From Vezdaea acicularis (Eukaryota): a DNA stretch of 64,000 bases. The DNA is taken from contig JAPEUI010000069.1 of the NCBI GenBank assembly GCA_026025075.1, positions 1 through 64,000 of the forward strand, read 5' to 3'. A program made the translations under genes and the position numbers. Under the pieces are notes generated by a model that was given only the letters and a program-made list of their open reading frames with translations, did no database searches and was not told the origin of the DNA. Shown in pieces: positions 1 to 13,564 of this stretch (its first letter is position 1; each line of letters starts with the position of its first letter).

Positions 1-28
<28 letters not shown>
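1..28. repeat. poly-G homopolymer, truncated by the window edge
   Basis: 28 consecutive G at the start of the window. Confidence 0.9.
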
Positions 29-31
<3 letters not shown>

Positions 32-444
32 CACAAGCTCAACAATCGCTTGCGTGGGCAGATATAATCATGAATCTTTTAATTTTTGTGTACTCCTAGT
101 CCACCGGTTTACAGAGCAGTGCGTCAGGTCATAAGGCGCTACCAGTGCGACCGCACGACGGAGCAAGCTTTACGTTACTCGCCAGAAAAACGTGAAAGAG
201 AACCAACCCCTCCCCTCCCTCTGCTTTTCGCAGCCTCCCAAATCGGCCCCGAGCCCCAGTTGTTCGTGGTCTTGCCTCACAAGCCCAGCTAGCTAGCTGT
301 GTCCAACGCTTATTCAAAAGCAGTGACCCAGGAAGAAATAATAGAAAAATGAACATCCGGTTATTTATAACCAAGCTACCGCTATGTCGCATCCGCTTTC
401 CCTTTTCCATGCGTGATATTCCTTGTCGTTGCTACATTCGACCC

Positions 445-2453
445 CTATGCTTCGGCCGCTTGTCGAGGTTTGCGTCCGCCCTTCAAGCTCTTCACGCGCG
501 ACATAAACCCACCAGCTGGCTTGGCCCCGCTATCGAGCGGCGAGTTGTCCGTCGTGATTCGCCTTTCCAGCGCGGGCGCGCTCCTGTCGTATGCGAGTGG
601 GGGTCCCTTCTTTGGGCTGCTCGGCCGTCTGTTCCTCGGGACAACCGAAAGCTTCTCCTCCTGCGCCGACGCAATCATCTCGCCTTTCCGATCGTATGCC
701 GCGTCATACTCGTTGAAGAACGGATTCCGCTCGTTCATCTTGGCTGGCCCACCGGCGCTGACGGATTGGCTCCTGGGCGAAGTTGTAATAGCGCTCCCGA
801 CTTCGTAGCTGGGCTCGGGGCTTGTCATGCGGCCGTTGGGGTTTGGTTGACGGACAGAGCCCATGCCGCGGATCTTTTGGGCGAGGGACTTCTTGCGCTG
901 TAGACCGCCTTGTTGGAGGTTCTGGCCTTCGGTTTCGGACTCACGCCGTTGGATGGCAGTTCGTGACGCCGGGGCTCCTTCTAGGAAGGTTGAGGTTCCG
1001 AGACCTAGTGATTCGTCGCCATGGACAGGGTCTACACGTGCCGTTGCGCTAAAAGCTCCAATGGGCAACGCTTTCTCTGGTCGATCGTATGTTTCATACC
1101 CAGGTCGATCCCTGCTGCTGGTCGAATAGTCGGTGAATGCTTCCGTATTATTCCTACCCATGAATTGGCTTGGGTCGAATGTCTTGTTGACTGGTCCACT
1201 GCCCCCGATAGCGTTGTTTGCTGAGTCCTTGGGGAATGCTTGCATAGGTGCACGGTTGTCCTTGCGACGGTTTCTGTGAGGATTACACGCATCAAATGGT
1301 CCATCGTGGTGAAATACTACGATATATTAGCTCTACATTAGTGGCACATTTCCATAGATTGACTCACAGCCAGTTCCATAAATACTTGTAACATCCAGCT
1401 TATCAATAATATCTAGTCTTTGGTTCGGCTTTCTCGGCTTGGAAGAGGAGGATGGCCGTCCATCACGGCGAGCTTCATCTCTTTTGCGGCGGTCGCGACG
1501 GCGATCATCCAATTCGGGTTTTAGACTTGACTGGATTTCGGCAATTGATGTATCGGAGTTGCGTCTCAAGCGCCGACGATTTGGGTCTGGATCAGCAAAA
1601 ACATCTTTGGGCCTCGAGGGCCGTCCACTCCTTGATGTGTGAGCACCTCCAATACGAGTGCGGGCCTCTTCCTCTTGTGATCTGCTCGGTCGATGTCCGG
1701 TCGGAGCCCTTATGCGGTCACCTGGGTATGGTGGAGGTGGGACATTCTCCTGTCTCGCTGACCGACCGTTTACGCCATCCGTGTTTGGACCTGATTGAGC
1801 ACCACTTCGCACAGACTTCTGCTCAATTGCTAGATTACCCTAGAGTCAGAACAGTCAGTACTGCAGATGTACAGGCAAGGAGGAAAGACGCATGTTCTAT
1901 GAAAGGCCCGTATCACGCAATAGCGGTGGAGTGACACCGCGAGGATTTACGGAGCCTCAATTGGCAACTGAGGATTTCCCAATCACTTACAAAAGCTTCC
2001 ACCGTGTTGCCAACAGTACCAGATTTACCATCTGCTGGGTACGACATAGGTTTATTAGATGATGTAGGAGGCTGTGGAAATGTAATTTCTGTATCGTTGT
2101 CGAAGACGTCTAGAAATGGGTTGCGCGAGACAGGCCGGTTGTTAAAGTTCGGGCTCTGCGGCGAAGGTAGGCTCTGGAGCGATGCAGGAGAGGCGGCGCG
2201 ATTGCGGAAGGGGTTGTTCGACGAGAGGTTTGGATTGAGAGATGGCGAAGGGCCTCGCTCTGCAGAGGACGAAACAAGATCCGTTAGTGAAAGGCGCTCA
2301 GCACGAAAGCGGTCTCCTGAAACGGACGCAGCCAAGAATATTCCCGAGCAGAAAGCTGGCGGGCAGGAACGTGTACGATCGGCCAGCGCTTACGGGGGGG
2401 CGCAAGTCTGGCTTCTTGTACTCACCTGGGGCGGAGGATTGGACAGCCGACAT
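445..2453 (-). CDS. PAL1: Pal1-family cell morphology/endocytic protein
   Basis: Spliced model with exons ~2453-2426, 2259-1991, ~1839-1368, 1316-445. Contains LDIIDKLDVTSIYG, FHHDGPFDAC, PMQAFPKDSANN and VHGDESLGLGTSTFLEGAPAS plus NPF motifs, typical of Pal1. Confidence 0.85.
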
Positions 2454-3521
2454 GGTATCCCAGCTTATCTGTACCCCTGCCGCCAAACACAATGTCGATG
2501 ACGATGCTGTGAATATACGAGGTGATAGTATTGCGATAGAGGGTAGTGTCGAGTCTAATGGTGTTGTGGTTACCAGACTGTCCCCCGGGTCAACGGTGAA
2601 AGGGAAGGCGGATGTAAGGTACGAGCCCGACGACAGGGCGGGGCAAGCTGAAGGACCTAATTGCTTTTGATCGACAAGGACGTAATTGCCCAGGCTCCAG
2701 GGGGCGAATCCGATCGACAGGCCGCCTGCGGGAAAGCAGAGCTGGAGACGAGACGTCAAGATAATTGTCGTGAAGAGGAGGATTCGTAGTCTTTGTAGAG
2801 GGTAGATGGTGTTGATGCGTTAGAAAGGAGGCCGACGGTGTGGAGAGAGAAGAGGGCTCAGATTTAAGGTGGCGCAAGCGGTGCAGGGTGCCTCTGTTCC
2901 CGAATTTGTCGAGCGGCGAATGAGCAGAGGCGCGCGTGCAAGGGCGTCGCGGTCTGGACAGCGTTCCCTCTTGGGTCAGAGGAGCGTAGTCTTCTCAAAC
3001 TGTACGAGTGCAGGTACTCGAATTCATGCTGTGCCAATTGAGCAGAATCCTCCGCTCCCACGAGTCACAGCCGCCATCGCGGACGCCTTCTTCCCGGCTG
3101 TTGGGTGTGCTCCTCCAAACCGGGATCCCGAGAACGTCAAGGCCATGTCGACCGAGCCGGACAGAGCGCGACGGTAACTGCAATAGCTCGCCAAACGATG
3201 CATTCCACGCTAACCGAATGAGCATATTCCGGTCTACAGCCAATAATCAGACGCCCATCCTCATCAATCGTCACTCAATCCAACCTGCAGAGCCCGGGCA
3301 CATATATCGTCAACAAGCATAATTACAAGTTTTGATCTGCTTGTGCTTTATCGAATGCGCGCTGTGTCTAGATCTGTCTGCGGCTCATCGCGCTCCGCAT
3401 TGGGGGTGGACCGCCTTGCATAATTCGTGTGCTCAGGGCTACGAGCGAGATTTGGAAGAAACTTAAAGGGATATATCTGGCGGCATTATTTACCACAGAT
3501 TTCAAATAATATCATTGCGCG

Positions 3522-4061
3522 ATGGCGCAGACCTCTGCCCCTGAAGGTGGCCCTGCCGCAGACACTCGCTATGCCGGCTACTCCAGATTCGAGCTCGAGC
3601 TTGAAGCAAGTCTTCCCTCCACTTTCGTATATAATGACGCCATGCTGATAGGGCACCCTTCTAGTTCGTTCAATGCTTGTGAGGAGACTCAGTCTATACC
3701 CCCTAACCTTTTCTGACAACCAGTGGCAGGGCAAATCCATTGTACCTCAATCATCTAGCGACCCAGAAGCTATTTGAGGACCCCTGCTTCGTTGCATATC
3801 TCGACTACCTGCAGTACTTCTCGAAGCCGGAATACATAAGCTTCCTGACGTGAGACAACCCCGCTCTGGCTACAGCTGCAATGCCAATGCTTGGATGCTC
3901 ATGATATTATCAGATACCCAGGCCCTACACTCAAAGCGCTACAGCTGTTACAGCTAGAGCAATTCAGGAAAGACATACTGAACCCGCTAATGGTCGAAAC
4001 CTTGATTCAACAGTGGGTGGTGGCTAGTATGGACTTCGCAACTCCCAAAGGACGACCTTGA
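3522..4061 (+). CDS. MED31: Mediator subunit Med31/Soh1
   Basis: Exons 3522-3605, 3665-3678, 3730-3849, 3914-4061 give SRFELELEFVQCLANPLYLNHLA...YLDYLQYF...YPGPTLKALQLLQ. Confidence 0.92.
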
Positions 4062-4386
4062 CCCAACACTTGAAACAATAGATTGCACATCTATTAGTAT
4101 CATCATTGCCTAGACGAGCTTCTTGTGGCCATGGCGGTCCCTGGAACTCCCAAAGAACCAGTCCATTAAGCAAATAAGCTCGGACTATGTCGCATGCTAT
4201 ATCCGACCTCGTGAAACCCCGTTTTGGGAGGTCTCCCAATGCGTACCTACAATGGCGGAGTACGACGCATTGCGGATCTAGAGGAGCGAATCCTTCAATA
4301 GCCATCCCGCCAAGAGCGGTTTGGTAACAAAAGATTCACGCAACAGTTTTGTCCTCGATATAGATGTGAGGATCCCTGGATGCTTT

Positions 4387-4838
4387 TCAATTCTGTCTCC
4401 AGCGCTTTGCACATTTGGTACACTGAATGGAGAGTCAGCGCCACTCCAGAGCTTTGGAGTTACTATAGGTCACAAACTCTGTAGAACGTAGTCATTGGCT
4501 CGTCCGCACTGCGAATCTGCACCTGATAGAAATATGCCTCGCGGTTGCTGCAGGATTCGCTGGGGCAGGGTACTGTAAACCGTTATTGAGAGTTCTTCTA
4601 AATGACATAGAATCTCTGAATACATACCATCATCCTGCTTGTCCACGTTGTCCCAACTGCCTTCACCTCCCAACACATCATCGTCTTCCTTGCGTGGAAA
4701 ATAACGCCGTTCATAGTACCTCTTGTCGATGATGAACTGGTAGGGGCAAGTCCGGCATTCGAGGCGGTTCTGTGGTGGCACTTCCTCCGTTGAAGTGACC
4801 GTGAGCGCGTTAGAGCAAGCTGGGCAGAATACCAGCAT
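4387..4838 (-). CDS. RPC11: RNA polymerase III subunit C11 (two zinc ribbons)
   Basis: MLVFCPACSN...CRTCPY, then spliced AYFYQVQIRSADEPMTTFYR and CTKCAKRWRQN*; two introns. Confidence 0.93.
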
Positions 4839-5229
4839 CTTGGTCGGCCTTGCGTTGTTGGTTGGTTATTAAAGGTCAGCCAGTAATTATCCGTTTGGAC
4901 ATTTTGAATATCGGGGCTCGGTGGTGCCCCACGTTCCGCGTTTTCTCGCTTGCCCCGCTTGGGTTTCCGCGTCAGGCACCGAATATCCTAGAGCAGCAGC
5001 TTACACGTCTGTGTCTCAGAATAATCATCACCAAGGCCGTAGACCAGATTGTCAGGACACTGATTTACGACCAGCCGCGCAAAGATAAAGCAAGTAGGCC
5101 CAGGCAACCAGAGTGATCAGTTCCGCTTCTGCCGAGCAGCAAAGTCCCCCGCATACGTCTGAATGTTATCGCCTTGAACCCATACAGGGCAAAAACATCA
5201 GCTGTTGGGTATCTCTGCCGCCAAGGATC

Positions 5230-5949
5230 ATGTCGGACGAGGTATGTCGTTAGGCACTATACATATCCTACTGTTAGATTCGAGAGCTAATATGGTGCTC
5301 CTGAAGGGTGCTTCGCCGGCAGAGCAGGTCTTTGAAGCTTGCCGCCGCAATAATACGGAGCTTTTACAAGAAATCATCACCAAAATCCACACCTCCAGTG
5401 ATAAGAAATCAGCTCACGCGAAGGTCGCACAATTCTTGAACAGCGTCACGGATGCACTCGGAAACCACTGTTTACACCTCGCTGCATCATCTGGGAGCTG
5501 TACGTGGTTTATTCTGAGATAAGATAGGTACCTCAGCTGATATGTTGAGATAGATGAGGTGCTAGATATCTTGCTTGATCAAGAAGGTCTTGAGGTAGAC
5601 CCGATAGATCGTATGGAGAGGGATACGCCGTTGCATAAATCCGTTCGTTTTGTCAACGAGCTCAGCAAAACGCAGTGGGAAAGCGGAAAAACTATTGTCG
5701 AACTGCTGCTGGACGCTGGAGCGGACCCAAGGTAGGTGGCACAGCCTCGGATCACCCTAAGCTTGCCAGGCTAACGATAGCAGGACTCGAAACAAGGCAA
5801 AGCTAAAGGCTATAGAGCTGGTCGATCCACGCAACATCGATCTGAAGTCGACTCTGCAGAAGGCCGAGATTACACTAATGGCAGGAGATGATGTCGTGCA
5901 TGAGGATGACGATGAAGGGCCGACGGGAAGTGCGAGTGACAGCGAATGA
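5230..5949 (+). CDS. small ankyrin-repeat protein
   Basis: MSDE/GASPAEQVFEACRRNNTELL...DALGNHCLHLAAS, DTPLHKSVRF, LLLDAGADPR; three introns; acidic C-terminus. Confidence 0.82.
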
Positions 5950-6307
5950 GGGAATTGGAGCTCAAACTTATGTTTCCTTCTGGTCTATGTTGTCTTGAGC
6001 CTTTTTCTTTCCAAGGCATATTCGCATAGCATTGGGGGCGTGTAGGCATTTGGGGGTTAGCTCTCTTGGAGCAACGTCGAAAACGACATGGTGCATGTGT
6101 CGCTGGTTTGAATGTGTTTAGAGGGCCTCTAGTTTACTTCATAGAAGCTGATTATGGTTTTCTCGGACTGGTTAGATATTGATCAGAAGTATTGAACTTA
6201 TATCTTGTGACTTCGCGATTTGCGGCGTCGCGTCGCGTTCTCCATGAAATCTAGTAGCAAGGCCCCGCCCCGCATTACCCAACATCACAAGCTCCACATC
6301 ATACAGA

Positions 6308-7471
6308 ATGCCTCCACTAGGCCGTAGGCGCCGTAGTGTCAGTGAACTGATCCGACAGATATTCTTCTACGACCAGCTGACAATTAACCTAGGAATCTTC
6401 TTCGGAGTCTACCCCGCCACGGCAACGCCGCAGCCCCGCAGATGATAGCGAGGACGGCGACTACGGCGGGGCTCATGCAGCAGAGGGGAATGGCAGCGAT
6501 GAAGAGCAGACACAGGGCATCAACCATGAGCAGCTGGTTAAGAAGATGGTCAGGCTGGCCCTGGCCTGCGAATTCTCTCGGACACCGATTCGGAGGCCGG
6601 ACATAAGTGCAAAGGGTAATTATACGTGCCTTGTGTGAGGCAAAGGCTATACCTCATACGCCATTTCAATGTGCTATAGGGTGACTGACATGTATAGTGC
6701 TCGGTCCCAATGGCCGGAAATTTCGACAAGTCTTCGATGGAGCCCAGAATGAATTACGGCAGAGGTTTGGTATGGAGATGGTAGAACTGCCGTTGAAGGA
6801 GAAGATTACAATATCACAGAGGCGAGGCACGTCTCCCAATGCACCAATCAATTCAAAGCGGAGAGCTGACGCATGCTGTTCCAACAGCCCAGGGGGTCGA
6901 TGCTGGTAGAATAGCACAGTCATCGAACACATGGGTTCTCACATCTGTCCTGCCTGACGAATACCGCGCAAATATAGCAATTCTCAGTCCACCCAAAGTC
7001 CCTACAGCCGAGACTGAGAGCACGTATATTGGGCTATACTCCTTCATCATCTCCGTCATCTCGCTGTCTGGCGGCTCACTCAACGAATCTAAACTTGAAC
7101 GGTACCTTAGACGCGCGAACGCCGATGAATATACACCATTGGACAAGACAGAGAAACTGCTTGCACGCATGATCAAGGATGGCTATCTGTATAAGGTGAA
7201 GGACACTGCTGGGGGGGAGGAAGTTGTCGAATATATGGTAGGACCGAGAGGAAAGGTAGAGGTTGGGTATGACGGCGTAGCGGGTATGGTAAAAACAGTC
7301 TATGGAGACGGAGCACCAGAAGATCTCGACCGTCGCATTGTGAGAAGCATGGGAGTCGAAGAAGAGCAGCGGCGAGTGAAGAATTCGAAGAAACGGCAGA
7401 GGGAAGCAGAAGGTGAAGACGGTGAGAGGATGGATGTTGACGACGACGACGAAGACGATACGAGAGAATAG
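6308..7471 (+). CDS. NSE3: MAGE-domain Smc5/6 non-SMC subunit Nse3
   Basis: LVKKMVRLALACEFSRTPIRRPDI, FGMEMVELP, WVLTSVLP and EYMVGPRGKVEVG; three introns, one of them GC-AG. Confidence 0.85.
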
Positions 7472-8117
7472 TTCTTAATCTAAATCGCATCATTTGGCGC
7501 AGCCTCTGAATTGAAAATGCCCGTGACCCTATGCGCGCAACCGGTGATATCATCCGTAAGAGCTCTGGCGTCTTGCAAGGTTGATCAGCCCTAAGAATGG
7601 TTCAGCGTAGCACTTATCTACCCCATTGGCAGAAACATTATACGAAGAAAGGTTAAAAAAAAACCTCGACGCGAGCACAGACTCCAGCGTAAAACGCTAC
7701 TGGAACAAAAAGTCCCTCGCGGCGTGGGTTGTAGGATTCGCCGTCGCACTTGCACTCTGGCACCAAGCTTTCCCCTCAATTTTGCAAAAGCTTCCCCACT
7801 CTCGGATGGAACTCGCCTAAGGAGCGGTTCCAGGGCTTGCAGCAAGCTAATCGTCACGAGGAGCTATGGTTGAGCTCTCTCGCTTCTCCGATCTCGTTTT
7901 CCACCGCTGATCTCAAAACTTAACTTGCGCCTCTCTGCAGCGCGACCAGAACCTGCACGGTTGCTCACCATTGAGCTCGCACAACACGTCTAATACTTTG
8001 TTCCCGAAGCAACTTGTCTTCACCAAAGCCTTAGGGAACCGTAGACAAGCTCATGCTGTTCTGTGCGCCTTTCGAAACATCGTAGCGGGACTGGGCCAGA
8101 GGCCGCCGTACTTCATC

Positions 8118-10336
8118 ATGTCGCTCAAGGATATCCTCAATCCAGAGCCCAAGTCTCCACGCTCACCAAGTAGGCCTGAGACTGGCGACCCTTCTCTGGA
8201 GCCTCCTAGCGACGTTTATATGACGGACGCAACCACATCTCGGCATGCAATGTCACCGGCGCAAGAGCTGTCGCGCGCAAGCCCGCCGCTGCAACAAACT
8301 TTACAACCAAGCAATCACCCAACAACGAAGGTCTCAGAGGGAGTTCACCAAAGTGAAGGAAAGTTTCAGGAGGAAAAAGAGGTTCCTTTGGCCTCTCTGA
8401 CTTCTACCAAAGAGCCTACAGGCAAAGCTGAAGCTCTGCTTAGCGCGCCTGAAGCTCGCCCTAAAGTCAACCAGTCCATGGTGACTGATAGCGCAACGAT
8501 CACCTCAGACGCGACGGAAGAAACGAATCTCGTGAAATCCCTTTCTCCATTGAACGAAGATTCTACTCCATTGCCGTCCCATCGACCAAGCGACTCTGAA
8601 ACCGTGTTAGACCCAAAGACCACAACGACCGCAGATGAAAAGTCCTCCTCTTCTCGGCCAAACAAACAAGATTCAGCCACTACAGATCAAATGATAGCGA
8701 CTACGAAAGGCACATCTGATCCAACTGAGAGGACCACACCTTCAGTCGACGTCAAGCCCGAAATGCCGCCTCCTAGTCCAACAATCATCTCACCTACCTC
8801 CTCCGTCCCACCTCGCCTCTCTGAACTTTCACCAAATGCTGATAATGTCGATGGTTCGGTTGACAAAAGTAGCCCACCACCACCCCAGGGTAGGGCGCCT
8901 GGCGCTGCTGCAAAACCAGGCAAGAAGCGGAAGCTTCCTCCAAAGAAGGGTACTGCTTCACTGAAAAAGGCTCCTGCAAATAAACGATTGAAGCGAGATT
9001 CTGAAGACTATTCAGCGGAAAGTACGCGATCAAATACCCCCGTCTCTGTTCTGAAGTCTGCTGCTTCAAAGAACTCCACGCCGAAGCCGGTAGGCAAACC
9101 AAAGAGGGGAGGAAGACGGTCGAGCCATGCACCTAGTGACCTCAGCACATCCCCTGCAGTTGCGGCCGAAGAGGAAGAGGATGGTCTGGAGGTTTACTGC
9201 ATATGCCGTAAACCAGATAACCACGAGTGGATGATTGGGTGCGATTGGGGTTGCGATGACTGGTTTCACGGAACTTGTGTTGGATTTAATAAGGAGCTCG
9301 CGCCGCTGGTCGACATGTACTGCTGTGAGTAGCTACCTCCATCTCATTACATCGTCTCTTCATTCGGTCACCTTCTTTTGCATCGTATCTGACCTTACTT
9401 CTGACAACAGGCCCTAACTGCGCGGGCTTGGGGCGTGGCCCAACGACCTGGAGGCGTAAATGTCAGTATGAACCCTGCAATAACCCAGCTTCGAAACCAT
9501 CCTCATCGGACCCAGAAGGTAGCAAATTCTGCAGCCCAGAGCACGGGGTGCAGTTCTTCAAGGACAAGGCGCAGACCCTCTTAGACGGGAAGAAAGGCAA
9601 AGATGGCGCGTCTGGGCTAGGCGGAACCTTGACAAAGTCACAGCTGAAAGCTCTTGCAGAAGGAGTCGGCAGCGCAGAAGAATTCAAGGCCTTAGGAGAC
9701 ATCGGCGAGAGTGACGAAATGGACGTCGACAAACGAGAAGACGCGGAAGCGGCGCCGGACGGGAACGGCGAATCAGGCGAAGAGTACACAGCCGAGCGAC
9801 TCAAAGCCATAGCCCAACAGCTGGACGAGATGGAAGCCTCGTTCGCCCTCCTGACCGACAAGGACACCCTGATCAACGCCGTCCGCGACCAATACAAATC
9901 CCTCCACGCCTCGGGCTCCCGCATCTGCGGCTACCACACGCTCCTCTCTTCCTCCCCCGCCGAATTCGAAGCTTTCCGCCTCTCGCCCGCCGGCCAGGAC
10001 CTCTTCGCCGCCCCGCCCGCTCCCCCAAACACCCCCGCCGACCCCTCCGAACCGTCTCCCGAGTCTTCCACCCCGACCGAGATCGGCCACGGTGTAATTG
10101 CCAAGGGACGATTGGACGGCTTCGAAGAGGGGTTGTGCAGGAAGGGCGCCAGTTGCAGCCAACACCGCGACTGGTGGCGCATCGCGAAGGAGGATGTGGC
10201 GGACGCGAAGAGGAGCTGTCAGGAGCGAAGACGGGAGTTGCAGAAAGAGAGGGAGGAATGTGGCGTTCGCATACGTATGGAGAGCCTGGAGGGGGGAAAC
10301 CGCGGAGAGGGCATCGTGGAGGCGTTGGAGGACTGA
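8118..10336 (+). CDS. SPP1: COMPASS/Set1C PHD-finger subunit Spp1-like
   Basis: PHD finger YCICRKPDNHEWMIGCD.GCDDWFHGTC...YCC/PNC across intron ~9326-9410; later C-x-C/SKFCSPEHG and C-x6-C-x2-H-x2-W motifs. Confidence 0.8.
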
Positions 10337-10707
10337 TACTGATGTCGTTCCGGGATTGGCGCTCGTGTTTGGCATATTTGTGTGCTTCGGATATGGGAGG
10401 CCATAGCGTTGATTGGATGGATGGACGAATTAATGGATAACACTCTGTGCACATATAATCATTCAGCGAGCATTGCGGTGCACACTCTTTCTGCCGTCTA
10501 CGTGAGCAGAAGAACAGGGATGAGGACTGATGATAGAACCGAAAAAAGCACCCTTTGTATATAATACCCCGTACTCTAATTCACGGACGCGTCAAAGAGC
10601 GGACAAATATGACTTTATGAATCCTTTATCAGATCCCCCGAACTCTAGAAGCGACAGAACGCCCCCTTTACCCAGACAGCCCAACCCATAAAACGTGACC
10701 GATAAAT

Positions 10708-13099
10708 CTATCGCATCTCAAGGCCCGGCACTACGTCAGCCCCTTTTGCGCTCTCTTGCGCAAAGCCTGTGCCTCTCATGCCCTCTACAAGATCCTTGAC
10801 CGCGCTATCTGATGGAGCAGTCCTCCCAACCGGGCCCACGCTCGGCATCGGAGCACGATCGCCCCTCTCACTCCCCGTCATCGACGAGGTCATATCCGCC
10901 GGCGGCGCATGCTGTAATCTCGAGGTCGACAGAACAGCGCCGTTCATCTCTTCATCCGTCCTCCCGAACACTTCGCTCCACCACCTGACCTCCCCAACCC
11001 GGGGAAAGATCAACCGGTTCTCCTCTCTCTGCCTCGCATCAAACTCAGGATCCGCATAATTGGGGTTTAGAAACATCTCGCGCCTTGCAAGGAAATAGTC
11101 CCATACGCTGCGCGTCCGCTCGGCAACGCTGGCCTCGACGCGCTCGCGCTCGCTGTTGTAAAGGAAAGTGCCGTATTGGCAGGAGTAGAGGTGATAAAGC
11201 AGACGCTTCAGAAAGCGCTCGTTAAATTCAAAGCGGGTGGGATACTGGTAGAGTAGCTGGTATGTACAATCGAGGAATTGATGAAAAACAGGGGAGGTCT
11301 CCTTTACTTTAGTAGTTTCATGGTCGTTGGTAGTATCACCTCTCCCGTTGGGCGAGGTCGTCCTGCGCTTACTGCGTGGAGAGCCTTCGAGAGCTCCGGG
11401 CTCGCCGTCGGAGTCGACGCTGTCCCGGCTATTATTATCTTTATTGAAGAAGCCTTTTGCGCTAAGGAGAGCATTCTCGAGAGCATTAGCGCCGCCGATG
11501 CGATTCCCGAACGGGGATGAGCCACCGCTAAGGCTTGAACCGTTGCCGCTCCCGAGACCTTCGTTCTGAGTTACAAACCATTTCTCACTTCCTAGGAAGC
11601 CTGACCTGTGACGAAACATATGTCCGAAAGAGAGCCAGTCTTTCTCGACTAGGACGATGAAACCTTCTAGTGTGCGATAGTAGGGGTCTAGACATATTTG
11701 ACTAAGGGCACTTAGCTGACTGGTGCGATCCCAGCCATCAGAGCAATGGAGAAGCACGTGCGAATGCTGGAGAGCTATCTGTCTTGCAATCACATCTGCG
11801 CCTGTTAACAGGCATTTGATATGTTTCAGCCAGTCGCTTTTGGCTAGAAGCTCTCGGTTTGGAGGTAGTGGTGTTATATCAGCGTCCTTGATTGCTTCGA
11901 TGACCTTCGAAAGAGACTCCCTCATGACGTGGATGTTTTCGATATTTAAAAATTGCCGCGCAACTCCATCATAGTTGTCTCTGTTTTCCGTGCCGAGGCC
12001 AACCGCTTGCATTGCAAGCGCATTTACTTGCGGACGAGCATCTACTATCATGTTTTCACGCTGGGACCCATATATGCGGGGCTTATCCTCGGGAGGCTGC
12101 GATATAGGGTTGTGAACAAGAATATCTTCGGCGGCTTCGGGATCTTCGATTGTAGTGGTACTAGACTCTGGTGTAATGCTATCTAGGATAGATTTCGATG
12201 TGCTGGATGTGCCCGATTCCGATATAAATGAAGCAGAGTTCAGTGTGCTCGTTTGGATAGCATCCGAACTAGAGAATATTGCCGCAACAAGCTTCTCATC
12301 TTGTACACTCCGATTATTCCGCAAGCCTGAGTGAGGCTGAGAGCTCCGCGTTAGGGAGCAATTGTTTGTTGGATGCAAGTAAGTGAGTACGGGCAAACGA
12401 CCCCTTGAGCGGAATTTTACTGCGTAGTTCAGCACATTGTCGGAGATAGAGTTCGGTACGAGTAGCAACGAAGGATACGAAGGAGAGAACTGTTCTTGAA
12501 ATCAGAAAAATCTTCATGTTGGGCCCTACAAGTTGCGTACCTTGTAATCCGAGTTGATGTTCGACACCCGCCACCCCTTATCGGTGTCTTTCTCACTAAT
12601 CCCAAGCCGTCTCCATTCCTGGCGGGCATCGTAGATTTCCCAACCGTTACAATCTTTCTCGGGATGTTGTGGGCGGTAGCTGAACGCGTAGAGTTTTTCG
12701 ACCCTTCCAACCTTGCATGTAAGCCCCTTGATGCTCTCGTAGACATCTCTTGCCTCTTTGGTCTTTGAGAAATGAAAAGTCACGAATGTGAAATCTCGAC
12801 ATCGCAACCTAACTGAAGAGGAGAGCCCGGACGCGGGAGGGGACGGACGAAACGTGCATAAAGAAATGATCGGATAGGTGATCCATATCTCTTTCGGTCT
12901 AGCTATAGCCTTTGTGTCCTCATCTTGAGGTGTTGAAGGAGTGTGAGAGAAAATGAGGTGATGCGGCGTGAGATGGAGCGTGCCAGACACAGGGACACCC
13001 CGGCGTAATATCTGTACGTCTTCAATCTAGCAAGGTCAGTGCTGTCATAGATATATCACCAAATGCCCTCCGTACTTTAGGTATCCGGATCTTCTCCAT
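10708..13099 (-). CDS. YMR1: myotubularin phosphoinositide 3-phosphatase
   Basis: Catalytic HCSDGWDRT, N-terminal PH-GRAM-like region, EKDWLSFGHMF, SPVFHQFLDC; two introns. Confidence 0.93.
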
Positions 13100-13426
13100 T
13101 GCAACTCATCCAGTTTGATGTGAATCAGCCGGTAGATACGGATGCCTGCCGAAAGGTATTTCAATGTTGCTTTGGCTTCCGGAAAGGGAAAGGACGATGA
13201 ACCCTGGACACATATGCAGCCATCGATGAAGAATCGAATGGATGAATTATCCGTTTTCCTTGTGAGTTCAGGTGTATCTTAAACAAAAAAGCTATGATGG
13301 TGCTGTGAAGCATTACGTGGGGCAACGTCTAGTCTTCCGAGTTCGCGAAATCTAGAAAATTGCTCTATTTGGACTAGGCTCTCCGGCACCCGCTGCTAGA
13401 CACACTTTCGCAACTTTGAGAGGTTG

Positions 13427-13434
13427 AACCCTAA
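13427..13434 (+). promoter_or_regulatory. telo-box-like AACCCTAA element upstream of RPS3
   Basis: AACCCTAA about 130 bp before the RPS3 ATG; the reverse complement also occurs upstream of TEF1. Confidence 0.4.
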
Positions 13435-13564
13435 CGAAAAGTCGCGTTTAGCCCCACCATCTTATCTGTTCTGCCAAGTACTCCCCCACAACCCCGAGCA
13501 GCACCCACTACCGCTTCGACAATTTAGTAGTTGAATATTAAGCTGTTATTTCCGTGTTTAAAGG

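Noticed and set aside
2242..3322. ORFs between PAL1 and MED31
   Set aside because: GC-rich leader and promoter sequence with no motifs or splice-consistent model.
5141..5152. AAAGTCCCC resembling an RNase MRP/P conserved region
   Set aside because: No partner elements found; it lies in the ankyrin gene leader.
7971..8117. TTG-initiated N-terminal extension of SPP1
   Set aside because: The ATG at 8118 (MSLKDILNP) is a typical start and the extension looks like 5'UTR.
9463..10454. Long antisense ORFs over SPP1, and similar ones over TEF1 and other genes
   Set aside because: Shadow ORFs caused by GC-rich codon usage on the coding strand.
13427..13435. AACCCTAAC as a telomerase RNA template or telomeric repeat
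   Set aside because: A single short copy in a 465-bp divergent promoter, too small for a telomerase RNA gene.
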